Positions 38,701-50,652 of a stretch of DNA of 64,000 nucleotides are shown here, piece after piece; the stretch's first letter is position 1, and every line of letters begins with the position of its first letter. Where the stretch lies: the NCBI GenBank assembly GCA_905178155.1, contig CAJINV010000004.1, forward strand, positions 10,709,655-10,773,654, given 5' to 3'. The stretch is from Amoebophrya sp. A120. Its lineage: Eukaryota; Protista; Dinoflagellata. The notes beneath the pieces were generated by a model. The model did no database searches. It saw only the letters and a list, made by a program, of their open reading frames with translations, and was not told the DNA's origin. The translations under genes were made by a program, and so were the position numbers.

Positions 38701-41614
38701 TCCTCCCCCTATGCCGTGGCATCGTCAATCATCATCAATCTGTCATATCGGATCATAGTCATTTGCACTATGCAGATCCATAGCGATCCCTATGTCATTC
38801 CATATCCATTCCTATGCTCTGTCATATGGTCTATCGGTATGCATTTCATACCATCATCTCCTATGTGGATCATATGCCATCATATGGCATTTGGGTGGGA
38901 CCCTATGCAGATCATCAGAGGCATTCAGATCCTGTATGTCAGCTATAGAGGTTGGCAGGCTAGAGCAGGGACTGCGGTTTAGATCACACGGCCAACGAAT
39001 AGTCCTGCCTAAAAGTCTGCGGGATACGCCGACAACAAAGGTTGCAACCCCCTCCCGCAGTAGGTAGGCGGCTGACTGGAACGAGTGCGCTGCGTGGGTT
39101 TATTGCTTCCTTGCTCTGTATCTCCTACTGCCATCAGAGAGGGTCGAAGGCTTTCGACGATTTTTATACGCTGCGCGCCACGCGTTGGGCGTGGCGGCTC
39201 TGTTCGCGTGTTGGGAGCACGCGATGCGCAGCTGGTGGATGCCGTTCTCATCATAACACAACCCAAGGAGGAAGACGCGATCCCCTCCCGCATGCAAAGA
39301 AAACCACTTCCATCTTGACAACGGGGCGGAGACGCTTTTACTTAGCATACCAGCGCCCGAGCTGCGTGCAGAGGTCATCTACCAAGGGTCATCGCAGACG
39401 AAGCCGAAAACCAAAAAAGCCTCCTGGCTCGACATGCAAAAGCTGCTGCAGCGGCTTCCATTCCAGTGGCACACGCTCGAGGCGCTAGACATCCAGCTGC
39501 TCCCGTTTCTTCAGAATCATGTCGCGAACCTCCTTTCCGCGTACGAACGGCGCAGGAACTACGGATCACACGAGCAGTATGAAAGTGTCAGGATCGAAAT
39601 CGTCAAAGTTGAAATGATTTGTCATGCATAAAATGCATGACGCGAAATACGTGCGCTGCAGAGCAGCCAAGTGAGGCCGATTGTAAGCCTGTTTAGGGTT
39701 AGAGCTCGAACTGCAGAAGTAGCATGAGAGAGTCAATCTTTTGTACCTCAACAGCATTACAAACTGGATTTAGGCACAGCCAAAATTTGTCATGCGCCAA
39801 CTGGAAACTGGGGTTCAACTGGCATCCATTTTGCGCATGGCAAAGTATTTCAACTTTGACGATTTCAAACCTGACGCTGCCATAAGCAGTCCGACCGGGC
39901 GGAGGATAGCATCGCGACAAGTCGGGCCAAAGCTCAGGCAGAAAAACTGCGAGGAGGAGACGAACTAGAGGAACTCGTGAACGCAGTGCTGCATTTTCTG
40001 CAAGACAGCATGGATGTGTACTCGGAGAGGAGCAGCGAGGCCACGTTCATGCGGCTGCTGGAGGCGCTACCCGAAGACGTGCCCGAGTGGGAGCATGACG
40101 TGTACGCCTCTGCAGCGTACTCGCAATCAGTAGTCGAAAGAACGCTGGAAGGCTATCAGCCTGGAAAATGCCCCAGCCTCAGTGAGGAGTTTTTGCGAAA
40201 CAAAGGTAGTTCGTCAATGCGGTGATGCGGACCCCTCCTCGTGCTACAGCATGTTTTTATTAGTACGTGTTGAATTTTAATTTTTGAGCGGGCGCTGCCA
40301 GTCTGTATGACTATGAATGTGTATGCGGGATGGCGAGAACAATCTGTGTTGCGTAGCTGCGCAGATTCTCACCAGGATTTTCCATGTAATGGCTGCTCGT
40401 TTTTGTGTAGCAGAAAAAAGACTCGCCGCCCTGTCGTGAAAATAATATGCAAGCAAACTTGAAAATGAAATTAATCACGCCATGGTTGTGTATGCAAATA
40501 CTTCGCATGTTGAACTAGAATTCTGCCTCTGGGGCAGCACTTTCAAATCTGATGAAGCCTGGGAACAGCCGGCGTCATCATCTTCGGGTTCTTCCATGCT
40601 CTGCATTGCAAATATGTCTGGGTCTGGAAGGATGCAGCGTGTCATGCGAGGTTCCAATCACAAAAAGATGAAGATCGATGCTTGTCTGTTGCATGAACCG
40701 CAGAAGCTGCACACTTGTTACTAGGCAAAAGGCGGACTATTTCTCATGCGGGATAGGCATCAAGAAGGTCTCATGAACTTAAAATTATCTGCGATGCTTC
40801 TGCATTCCAGACCATGCGCGTGATAGTACGCGAATTGCATGACAAACCTCGCATTTTCCCAGATCCAGACCCAGACATGTTTATTTGCAGTGGATATTAC
40901 AGGCGGAAACGGAATTCTAAGAAAAGTAGCGCCGCCAGCTCCTCTTCCAGTTCCTTTTTGTCCAGTAGTTCTTTTCTCGAACAGTTTCAATTTCTGCAGA
41001 AAATCTTCCAGCGCGAAACGAAAACCGGGCACGCCGTTTCGAATCGGGAAGCCGCCACGGAGCGAGAAGAGGAGCACCAAGAGCAAGGACAAGAAACTCG
41101 CACTGTCGCAGCGGCGCTGCGGGGCACCGCCGCAGCACGGGCACGTGGTGCCAAAGGGGTGCCGTCTGCGAGGAACGGAGCTGAAAGGAACAAAAAGGGA
41201 ACAGAAAGGAAAAGCAGGAAGGAGAACAGTAAGCGCACGGGGAAAAAGACAGAAAACCACAGAAAGGGAGCAAAAAGCAGTAACAAGGGGACAAAAAGCA
41301 GTAGCAAGGGGACAAAAAGCATTAACAAGGGGACAAAAAGCAGCAAACGGACAACAAAAAAGACGACGCAGGGGGACCGCCCCAAGACAACCGGTCAGAA
41401 GGGCAGCGGCAGACGGAAGGGGAAGCGACTAGAGCTCTATTCGTCCATATGCAAGGGAGGTGGGTGGACTCACAGAATGCCAATAGGCGTAAGGGCACAT
41501 TACTCAGTATGTTGCGCAGCAGTTGCTCTGTGCTCTGGAAGCATCGTGTATAGTATGCAAAATACAAGTGCTTGCTTTTCGTGTATAGTATGCAAAATAC
41601 AAGGTCCGGAGTGA
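32740..41614 (+). CDS. Large hypothetical protein (gene 3; possibly more than one gene), multi-exon with introner introns; ends uncertain
   Basis: Frame is continuous across elements 33155-33390, 33586-33864, 33898-34158, 34223-34472 and 34599-34820 (...LLQSVTAWTEDGFEFQ...KNAERYRFRSEVDTDAFYGMYDRG...ESDPTPDE...). Long exon ~35022-36456 with acidic tracts; further exons lie between elements up to ~41.6 kb and were not fully traced. Confidence 0.55.
33155..33390. mobile_element. Introner-like intron (family E, related to 10135-10357)
   Basis: ~50-bp TIR (GGCGTTCTCAA..GTTACATTCTCAACTGTTACATG); perfect direct repeat CATGG. Confidence 0.9.
33586..33864. mobile_element. Introner-like intron (family B), inverted sister of UTP14 intron 5
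   Basis: TA...TA ends, TIR, perfect direct repeat GGAAA; the internal sequence matches 2347-2590 plus 3301-3345 in reverse complement. Confidence 0.93.
33898..34158. mobile_element. Introner-like intron (family A)
   Basis: TGCAAATATGTCTGGGTCTGGAAGA TIR; perfect direct repeat GACAC. Confidence 0.93.
34223..34472. mobile_element. Introner-like intron (family A)
   Basis: Family A TIR; perfect direct repeat TGATC. Confidence 0.93.
37523..37795. mobile_element. Introner-like element (family A)
   Basis: TATCAAATGCAAA.ATGTCTGGGTCTGGA TIR; perfect direct repeat GTTCT. Confidence 0.92.
39578..39884. mobile_element. Introner-like intron (family C, same length as 139-445)
   Basis: TATGAAAGTGTCAGGATCGAAATC TIR; perfect direct repeat AGCAG. 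Confidence 0.9.
40600..40896. mobile_element. Introner-like element (family A)
   Basis: TGCAAATATGTCTGGGTCTGGA / TCCAGACCCAGACAT..TTTGCAGTGGATA; flanks have diverged. Confidence 0.75.
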
Positions 41615-44600
41615 TTTTTGGAGCAGCTCCAAAAACCACTTCGGACCGCACGGAGTTGCTTTCTTTCGTTTTTTGGTCTGATTTTTGCATGACATGACAG
41701 GACCGCGCGTCTCCTGATAAGGTGACATCTTTTCGAGTGTTGTCGAGCGCTCCGAGAGTCACTTGCTTGCCCTAGTGCATACTCCGCCTTTTACAACCTG
41801 AACCCGCCACAGAAGCTTCCCGCCATTATTCTGTGCAAAGACTTGGTCGCCCCCGCTCCTGACGAGTTTTTACGCAAGCCCGCATGCCGAAGTGATGAAG
41901 CCCACAATGTCATTGTGTTTCATGTGGGTTTCCATGAGAGCTGTCTGTTATATGTAGTGAGGTCACGAACGTTCTATCCTAGCTGTTTTTTTGACAGGCA
42001 GTGCGCAAAACGACCGGCAGTTTTCAAGCGGCCGAAAGTGTTTTTGCACATAAAAAATTTCCAGTTATCAAGCGGCCGGGGCTTTGTTGTCAAACAAGCC
42101 CGAGCCAATTGCATCGATTCCCGCTTGATAAAACGACGCAGGGGCCGCGCCGGCAAAAGGGGCACCCTTCTGAGACGTTTACCGCCTTGGTTTCTGGCGG
42201 TTTCGGGCGCCCAAAAAGGGGCGCCCACAAAGCAGCACTCCGAAAAAGACAGCAAATCCGCATGGTATGGGCCTCATTTTGGCCCACATTCGGGCCCCGC
42301 AAAAGACGCCACCAAGATCTGCCATTTCAGAGGCGGACTGAAGGCCAGAAGATGCGACTTTTCAACAAAAAAAAACACAAAAAACCAAAGTCCGCCAAAA
42401 GGAAAAAGCCAATCCGCATGCTATGGGCCCGATTTGGGGCTCCCAAGGGGCCGACCCTTGCGGGGGCCCCTGCGGGGCCATAGCATGCGGGGAAGGTTTT
42501 TCGATTCGAAATCAAATGGAGGCCAGTTCTGGACGGACATTTTTAGCGACCGCCGTGCCGTCGTGCATAACATCACTCACGATGACATCGATCGTGGGAA
42601 ATGAGTTACAGCTTGGACAGACGTTAGAAAAGAGGCTGGTGATTTTAGTGTGATTTTATGCAGAGAGGGCGCGTTAGGTCTTTGATTTTCCGAGCTCGTC
42701 GATGTGTGCCTGCGCCAGGCGTGTGGTGAGTATTTGCCTGAGCAGGCTAAGGAATTGCGGCGGGCATTGCATGGCGTCGGCGATGTTTTTCGGGTGGACT
42801 TCGATAAAAAACACGTCGCAAAAATAACGCGAGCAACACCAAAATAGCATGCTCCCAACACCACTGCGCTTTTCTCCTTTCGCTTATGAATTTGCTTCGT
42901 CGTTTTTGTGCGTGGATGTTGCAAAAGGCCAGCCAAAAAAAAACACCGAGCGCCATCGTGAATGATTTTAAACCGCACGCTACGGCGTCATCTTAAAAAA
43001 ACAGCTTTTTTGCGGCTCAAAAAAGTTGGCAAAAAGTTGCTGGCGACTTTACAACAAAAAAAGATGCTTTGGCTCTCCATTTTGGAGCCAAAATATCGGC
43101 CATAGCATGCAGGTTGCCGGCGCGCAACGCGTAAAGTCGCCGTAAAGTCACCCTAAAGTCACCGCTAAAGTCACCAACATCCGGACGGCAAAAATTCCAA
43201 ACCCAATCCGCATGGAAAATTGCCGACTTGGCCAGGTAGAATTCGCGTCGAAAAAGTGCCAATCCCGGTGGTAGTAGGGACATCGGCAAGACTTAGCGGC
43301 GTCAGTTTTGGTCTCGTGTGTCGAAAAAAGCAGCGCAAAAATTGGGAGCGCTCGCCGCATTGGAAATTGCGCATTTTGCCTTCTGAATTTTTAAAAATTA
43401 TGCCTGGAATGCCGATGGTATGGCGCTTGTTTTTTGGCCCTCCTTTGTCTCCTCTTGTTGGTATCTTCTCCTTTGCTCTCAGGGACAAAAGTAGAGAAAT
43501 CTTCTGAAGGCAATGAGGCGTCTTTTTTTCGGCGCCGTGCTTGAGAATAAAGCCCTAAAATCACTATAAAATCACCCATCAAAATTCTAACGGGTGTCCA
43601 AGCTCTAAGAAATGAAGTCGTGTCTTTTTTTGGCGTGAAGACAAAAAAAGAAAAACCGCCATGACCTCACTACCCCCGCGGGCGCGGCTATTATTGGTAG
43701 TGTATTCGCGTTCGTTGACTTGGGGAGTTGGTCATGCTCGAATCAGGATAATGATCAAGCCAATGTGCTCAACATTGAATTTGATGCATCCTTGCTCGCT
43801 AAGTAATCCTGAGAAACACGTCAGTTAAATAAGCTGCACATCCGAAAAACTCGCCATGCGTAAAGTCAAAACGCTCTTGTTGACTTGCGTAGCAGCTGCG
43901 GGGCGGGTAACAAAGACGCTTTTGCGCCGGATAGCTTCCGTGCTCTCCCTCTCGCCCGAAGAATGGGATGCCGACGCGCGTAACTCGCTGTACAGATCCG
44001 ATCTGGACCAGAAAGTGGATCAAGACGACAGCGGATATTTCGTAAACCAGGAAGATCGGGAGGAGTATAAGTGGTTCACGAGACGAAAGTGCAGCCTGTA
44101 CCAAGGCCTGGACCTGGAAACGTTTCGCGGCTGCTACCCCGCGTTTGAGCGCCCGATACTGAATCTGGTTGATGACCGCATTGACGTGCGCAATTGGCAC
44201 AGTAAAGGCACCAAAGAAGACGCCATGAAGGCGCCCTCCGACCTGGCGCAAGTTGGGGTGAAAGGCGTGCTATCCACGCGGACGGTGCTCAAGAGCGACT
44301 ACAAGGAAGACGGCAAGACGATTTTCAAGGCGGGCGAAACGTACACCGTGTACTTGGGCGCGAAACTGGCGGAAGAGAGGCGCGAGATCTTGGAGGAGAA
44401 GAACAAGAAAGACACAAACACCGCGAGGGACTCCGCTTTTAGGAAGGAAACGGACGAGCAAAGGGCGGCTAGGGTGAGACTGGAGGAAGAGGTAAGTGAG
44501 GAGCGCGACAGAAAAGAGGCAGCAAAAGCAGCAGCAGCGGCGACAGGGACGCCGGCCACCGGCGCAGCGGCGGCGACGGCGACAGGGACGCCGGCCACCG

Positions 44601-44690
44601 GCGCAGCGGCGACAGGGACGCCGGCCACAGGCGCAGCGATTCCCCCACCAGCAGGTGGCGCAGGAGGAGGAGGAGGAGGAGGAGGAGGAG

Positions 44691-44836
44691 ACGTGCGCCG
44701 GGCGCTCCTGCCGCCAGCCAGGTACCTAGGTTAACGCATTTAGGTCATCACATTCTAGGTTACGCAGTCAGCATGCGGGCGCGCAACCTCGTGAGGACCG
44801 AGATGGGGGGGCCACCATCTGTGGCCCCATCTTTGT
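44691..44836 (+). repeat. Split direct repeat A1 (146 bp)
   Basis: Matches 51056-51201 with one visible mismatch. Confidence 0.95.
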
Positions 44837-45829
44837 ACAAAAGGCCCCGACAACAATCGGGGCCTGTCCGTGACCAAGCCCAAGCGGTGGTCAGCGAGAG
44901 CGAGCGGGGAGGCGGCCACCCTCCCGCGGCCGCCATGCGCGCGCCCGCCAAAGCCACGTACCGTAAGGTGAAACCGTCGGCGCCGATCGCTATGTACAGG
45001 TTCCGCCCTGTGCGACCGGAGCGCGGGTCAAGCCGACTCACAACCAGGACGAAAGTCTACAGAGGGACACCTCTGTGCGCCCGCACCATACCGCCCCGCA
45101 CCTCTGTGCGACGGTCACAGCCCGAAACCCCCGGCTTCGGCGGGGGGCTAGTAGGGATTTAGGATGGAAGGCTGCGAAGTGCGTCTAGTGCATCGGAGAA
45201 CACTAATCCGTGACAGATACAAGGATGGCCACACAGAGTGACACACATTGCGCAAGCACTATACACGAACGACACACACCAGCCGACCGTGTGCCACCTC
45301 TGTGGCACGGCTAGCTAGGGACTGCGTAGCCACCTGTTCGCACAGTTTACAAGCACGGCGATAGAGATCTGAACTGATGCAGCGACACCATACTTGCTTG
45401 CCTTCAAAATCATGCTAGCTGCAGCGAACCTATACACTAAATGGAATGCGAATGATGTCTCGCCTGTTGTAACACCCATCGAATGCTCCTGCTCTGCTGA
45501 TGCTTTTGGTTTTCTTAATTTCCAAATGAGTGTTTTGGTTTTGCTTTGGACCTCCGTTGGCTCTATTTGCAAATGGAATGATGTTGCAAGCTGTTTGCCT
45601 CCCTGCACCTGCTCGAGTGAATGACTGTGGATGGTTCTGACTTTAGACTTGTCTGTCTTACTTGTGTTTTCGCTCTCATTTCGAATGCTATCAGTGCCCT
45701 TTTGTGTGCTTATAGACTTTCTGGCCTCTCAAAAACATATTTACAAAACCAAAACAAACCGCCGACGCTGATAGAGCAGCAGCAGCTTCTCCTCTCTGCA
45801 AAGCAACTTGCTAATCAACACCATACGAA

Positions 45830-48343
45830 ATGGCGCAACCAGTAACCGCAAAGGACTACTTCAAGTTCGACGGACGGCTCTCACTACAGCCACTGGGTTC
45901 CGATCTTGCGCAGAAGTTCCGGAACTTCTACCACGGCTACGACTGTGCCACCCAGCAGGCAAGAGACGACCTGGGGCAGCTTTGTGAGCGCGTCGTAACT
46001 CCGGGGGGTGTACAGGAACTGACCGGGCTGGACCCGGGCAAGGTGTTCCAGCTGGACACGGCCACAATGACGTTTACACCGGCGCAGGCGGAAGTGGCGG
46101 CGAAGATCTGCATGCTGCAGTTCTTCAGCGAGCGGCACGCCAACGACGGCGGCCTATCGAAAGGCTACGACATGGTCACGATGCAGAAGATGAAGGACTA
46201 CGCCTTGGCGGTGCACAATCATCAAATTGTGGCGATCAACAAGCCGGGGGCGTGGACGGAACTGCTCAACACGGTCGCAGGGCAGGCAAGCGCGTGGCTC
46301 GGCGTTGACATCGACCCGGCAACAACCATCTTCATCCATACCACCAACCAGCCCCCGACACACCAGGAAGCGATCAATGGTATGCTCGGAATCCCCAACC
46401 CACCGGGGCCGAACCCGAACCCCAATCCGCCGCTGCCGAACCCCAACCCGCCGCTGCCGCCGGTGTTGCCGCCGGTGCCGAATCCGAACCCGCCCGTGCC
46501 GGGGCCGAACCCGAACCCGAACCCGAACCCGAACCCGCCGGCCCCGGGGCCGAGCCCGCCGGTTCCGAACCACAACAACCCGCCGGCACCGCCGCCGGGG
46601 CCGGGGCAGCAAAACATCGCGGGAGGACCAAACGCCGGCAACCAACCGGCGTACACCACTATCACGCAGTCGATGGTGGATGTTCTCCGCAGCATGTCGG
46701 GGCAATCGGTGGCTGCCCCGACGAAGAACAAGGTCAACTACGACGCCAACAACTTGCACCCGGACCACGGCAAGCCGGGGCATGGCGAGGTGCACACCCG
46801 CACGATGGGGGTGGTCAAGCTCACGGACCCAGTGAACCAGATTCATTGGAAGCTCAACCCGGACCCCCAGACGGCGCAGAGGAACTACGAGCTTGCGGTC
46901 GGACTGTGCTGCGACTTCAACCGCATGCAGCACTGCCAAGTGGACCACCATAATGTCTTGCTGGTAGCGGACTACGTGCAGCTTGAAGCGGGAACATTCG
47001 CGCACAAGTTGGCGGAGGAGAGCCGCCCGCACTTCGTCGCCAAGTACAAGCTGGCCATCCTCCTCGCCGTCCTCAACGGGGTATACGGGGAGAACGTGCT
47101 GGCGGGCTCTCGGTTGAAGCGGACCGCGAACGGCGCCGCGCTGGACGCCACACAGTCCGCGATCGAGAAGTGGCAAGGCGTTGGCAGCCTGAACGCCATG
47201 GACGTCAAAACGGTGGGAGACGTCCTGGCGGATGTCGCGGCCCTGCGCAACACGCGGGGCAATACCAAGCTGGATAAGGACTTCCTGGCGGGTTGCGACT
47301 TCGCGCCGGCGCATGAATTGCTTCAGCTGGTCAACCGCAGCCCGCAGCTGAAGATCGAGGACGCCCGGTTGGTCAAGTCGGTCTACACTCAGAACCGCTG
47401 GAAGCAGGTGGAGGACGCCTACACCGTCATGAAGCAATTCATTGCGGTCCACGACGGGTTGGAAGCCACGGCGGTTACGGATGCCCTGACCAACTTCAAG
47501 GTGCAGATCAATGCCATGAGCAAAACGGACGCCCTTTGGCATGCTCTGCCCGTTGTTATCTTCCTCACCCAGCAACAGGAGGAAATCATCCGCATGTGCG
47601 CACCGCTGGGCGTTCCGACCCTGGCCGCGCCCATCCGCAGCGCCATGTTCATCGTCAAGCACGCCTGGACCCAGATCACCGCCCTGGTGCCAGCCCGCAA
47701 AGCGAGATTTGGCACTATCGCCAACCAGGACAAGGACGATGGCCCCAGCAGCTCGGACGATGATACTGTGGAGTCGGGGGACGAGCAGGGGAAGACCAGT
47801 GGCAGAAAGCCACGGGGTGGCAAGCCCAGCGCGGCGGACCGAAAGAAGGCGATGAAGCGGGAGCGCACGACCCGGCGTGGCAATGGGGCAACGCAGCGTA
47901 CGAAGCCGCCGGCGGATGATCTCAAGAAGGACGAAATGTGGGTCCGCATCGTGGACAAGCATCCCACCGACCACAGGACTGCTATCAACCGGGTCGGCAA
48001 TGGTCCGGACTCGGGGGCCGGTGCCCCGATGCGCAAGCGGGACGTCGCGGACAAGATCCGCAAGGACCGGGGCGACCCGGTGTACCGCCGCTCCTGGGAC
48101 AAGGTCGTGGACTGCTGTTGCATCGATGGGGTGTATTGGTTCGTGCGTGGAGGTGGCACGATCGAACCCTCCTGCGTGGCGGAGAGCGAGAAGGCGGAGT
48201 GCGGCTCGCCGGACTCTTTCTGCCGAGCGTGGTCCAACCACAAATGCAACCGTAGCGGAAAGTGCGAGCGCCACCACTGGCTGAAGGCGAAAATCGAGAA
48301 GAAAACGTGGAAAGAGGTCGTGCTTTCGCAGCGGGGGAACTAG
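45830..48343 (+). CDS. Gag-like protein with Pro/Asn-rich linker and C-terminal CCCH zinc finger
   Basis: 837-aa ORF in first position of the element; C-x7-C-x5-C-x3-H motif (CRAWSNHKCNRSGKCERHH). Confidence 0.75.
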   Translation: MAQPVTAKDYFKFDGRLSLQPLGSDLAQKFRNFYHGYDCATQQARDDLGQLCERVVTPGGVQELTGLDPGKVFQLDTATMTFTPAQAEVAAKICMLQFFSERHANDGGLSKGYDMVTMQKMKDYALAVHNHQIVAINKPGAWTELLNTVAGQASAWLGVDIDPATTIFIHTTNQPPTHQEAINGMLGIPNPPGPNPNPNPPLPNPNPPLPPVLPPVPNPNPPVPGPNPNPNPNPNPPAPGPSPPVPNHNNPPAPPPGPGQQNIAGGPNAGNQPAYTTITQSMVDVLRSMSGQSVAAPTKNKVNYDANNLHPDHGKPGHGEVHTRTMGVVKLTDPVNQIHWKLNPDPQTAQRNYELAVGLCCDFNRMQHCQVDHHNVLLVADYVQLEAGTFAHKLAEESRPHFVAKYKLAILLAVLNGVYGENVLAGSRLKRTANGAALDATQSAIEKWQGVGSLNAMDVKTVGDVLADVAALRNTRGNTKLDKDFLAGCDFAPAHELLQLVNRSPQLKIEDARLVKSVYTQNRWKQVEDAYTVMKQFIAVHDGLEATAVTDALTNFKVQINAMSKTDALWHALPVVIFLTQQQEEIIRMCAPLGVPTLAAPIRSAMFIVKHAWTQITALVPARKARFGTIANQDKDDGPSSSDDDTVESGDEQGKTSGRKPRGGKPSAADRKKAMKRERTTRRGNGATQRTKPPADDLKKDEMWVRIVDKHPTDHRTAINRVGNGPDSGAGAPMRKRDVADKIRKDRGDPVYRRSWDKVVDCCCIDGVYWFVRGGGTIEPSCVAESEKAECGSPDSFCRAWSNHKCNRSGKCERHHWLKAKIEKKTWKEVVLSQRGN

Positions 48344-49026
48344 TCAATGTGACTAGCTCTAGGCATGACGATACCGCCTCACCTCTGTGGGACGGGTCGC
48401 CACCTCGACTACCTCTGTAGCGAGTGCCACCACGCTTCCCACCTCTGTGGGGCGGGCCGCAATACAACCACTAACGGGGCACACCTGGAGATATGGCGCA
48501 ACTCGCACGCGCCTTGAACTACCCTGCTACTGCAAGATCAGTAGGGTAAACGGACGCGCCGTGTTAGTTACGGAGTATTATGGTGTTTGGCAGTTTCAGT
48601 AGTGCAGTTGGTCTCTAGACACGACGAGACGGGCCGTCTTCCTTTGACAATGACAATTCTCAGGTAGCACGATCTAAGGGAAAAACTGCCCGAGTTCCTC
48701 TCCAGGCAGCATGGTATGCTCGAATTTTCGATAACCTCTCCGCAGCTTCAACGAAAAAGCAAGAAGAACATAGGCACAAACTGCGTAGATGTTCTTCTCT
48801 AAACAGCGTGCAACGCTGCATTTTTCTGGTACTTTTCTGAAGGGGGATTTAGTGTAAACAAGAAGGCTCGCCCAGGAGAGCAATGCCATTTTTCTGCATC
48901 TTTGTAGAAGCCTATTCGAATCTTGGCAGCTTGAAATCTTTGCTTGTGCGTTGACTCTTCCGTCTGTTGTAAGTCGTTGGCCCCTCTTTCTTTACAATTA
49001 CACAGAACAAAGCAGGATCGCCGTAG

Positions 49027-50610
49027 ATGCGGCCGCACTCTGCGTTCGCAGCGGTTGCCACCCGGCCGGACGCCAACCCCTTCGCCACGCAGGCCGTAGC
49101 GGGAACTGCGGCTGCGACGCCGGGCACTGAGGAGTGCCAAAAGCTGATCGATGCGGGCCTGGATGCGACAGTTAACTCCGCCGCCACGCTGGAAAAGCGG
49201 GAACGGGTCTGGCAGCAGTTCTTGCGGTACTGCGCCGCGAGGACGCCGCCGGTGCTCCCGGGCAACCTTGAGGTGAAGCACTTCCGGTACTTCGGCCTTC
49301 AGTTGGCAGCCGACGGGGCACCCAGCCCAAACGACACGATGGGGCAACTCATCATCAAGGCGATGGACGAGCCCAGCGCCCTGGCCCCGGACACCACGGG
49401 GATGCGAGTGATGGAGTTCGCCCGCTGCCGTCGCGACGTGAAAGCAGCAACGCAAAAGAACGACCCTACCCGCGCAATTCCGGCCTTTCTTACTGCGGAC
49501 CATACCGCACTGCCTTGGCGGGCGGTGAAGCAGTTGGCGCTCATGATGCAGCTGGGCACGCGCATGGACACAAACTGCGCGATCCTGCCGGAGGACCTTC
49601 GCGACGAGCCGGACTGCCTACTGGTCTACATCCGCAAGGACAAAGTGCGCACTATGGAAAAACGCACCGTGGCCATAGGCTGCAACTGTGTGCAGGATGG
49701 GAACGACGTCGACCGGCAGTGGTGCCTTCTCCACAACGATGCGCTTCGACCGGTGCCCTTGCCCATCCTGCTGAGCGAGTGGGGCGATGGATACGGCAAT
49801 GCGAAGCAAAAGAAGTTCCTCCAGCAGCTGGGATGGACCCAGCAAAGCTTCCGGCGCTACCAAGCGCTGGCGGCCCGGCACTACATCGAAAGCCGAATGC
49901 TGACCTTCGACCTGACCGGCTGGATGAAGGGGCGGGGCTGGGGCAAGCTCAGCACGTTCCTGCGATACTCCGGCGACTTCAACACCTGGAAGCATTATTT
50001 TGCGGCGCGCGCAAAATGCATGCCTGTTTTCGGCGCCATCCGGCCCCACGCCGTGGCATCGGCGAAGCAGCTAGCCGCCCACTTGCGGTTCTCTGGCGAT
50101 GTCGTCTTCAAGGATGCAGTCGGCAGCAGCGATCAAGAGTACAGTGGGTCAGAGGGCGAGCCGGGGAAGCCGGGCGGGCAGACGCAGGCGGGGCGGAAAC
50201 GCAGCAGCGTGTTGTGCGAGGAAGCGCTGGATCCGGTGGAAGATGAGCCATTCTTCCGCAAGCGCGGTAAATCGACGGTGCCGAAGCCGCACTACCTCAA
50301 GGTGCCGCATGGCCTACCACCTGGGGCTGCGCCAGCTCTCCAGCTGGGTAGCGCGCCAGCACCCTCCACGTCCCGGTCCATGAAGACCAAGGGCACCACG
50401 CACAGCAACAGCTCCACCGCTACAGGCACAGCGGCGCTACCGGCCGAGAAGGTGGCCAGTGGCCACCTCTTCATGCACAAGGGCAGGCACTACGTGAAGC
50501 GGATGGAAGTCTGCCCCGCCTGTCCCCCACATAACGTCACGAACCGTAAACACCTACGAGAGCCACCCTGTTTACGCGACAAAGCCGGCAAGATTCGCAT
50601 GGCGGAGTAA
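49027..50610 (+). CDS. Tyrosine recombinase (phage-integrase fold) of the retrotransposon
   Basis: Catalytic motif order LGTR (R), IRKDK (K), QSFRR (HxxR-like), GRGW (H/W), FLRYS (Y); N-terminal helical segment with WQQFLRYC. Confidence 0.88.
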   Translation: MRPHSAFAAVATRPDANPFATQAVAGTAAATPGTEECQKLIDAGLDATVNSAATLEKRERVWQQFLRYCAARTPPVLPGNLEVKHFRYFGLQLAADGAPSPNDTMGQLIIKAMDEPSALAPDTTGMRVMEFARCRRDVKAATQKNDPTRAIPAFLTADHTALPWRAVKQLALMMQLGTRMDTNCAILPEDLRDEPDCLLVYIRKDKVRTMEKRTVAIGCNCVQDGNDVDRQWCLLHNDALRPVPLPILLSEWGDGYGNAKQKKFLQQLGWTQQSFRRYQALAARHYIESRMLTFDLTGWMKGRGWGKLSTFLRYSGDFNTWKHYFAARAKCMPVFGAIRPHAVASAKQLAAHLRFSGDVVFKDAVGSSDQEYSGSEGEPGKPGGQTQAGRKRSSVLCEEALDPVEDEPFFRKRGKSTVPKPHYLKVPHGLPPGAAPALQLGSAPAPSTSRSMKTKGTTHSNSSTATGTAALPAEKVASGHLFMHKGRHYVKRMEVCPACPPHNVTNRKHLREPPCLRDKAGKIRMAE

Positions 50611-50652
50611 AGCCACAGGGCGGCGGGATCCGGATGGAGGCACCAGCCACGC

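Noticed and set aside
46154-48277. 707-aa minus-strand ORF
   Set aside because: Antisense shadow of the GC3-rich gag ORF; no motifs
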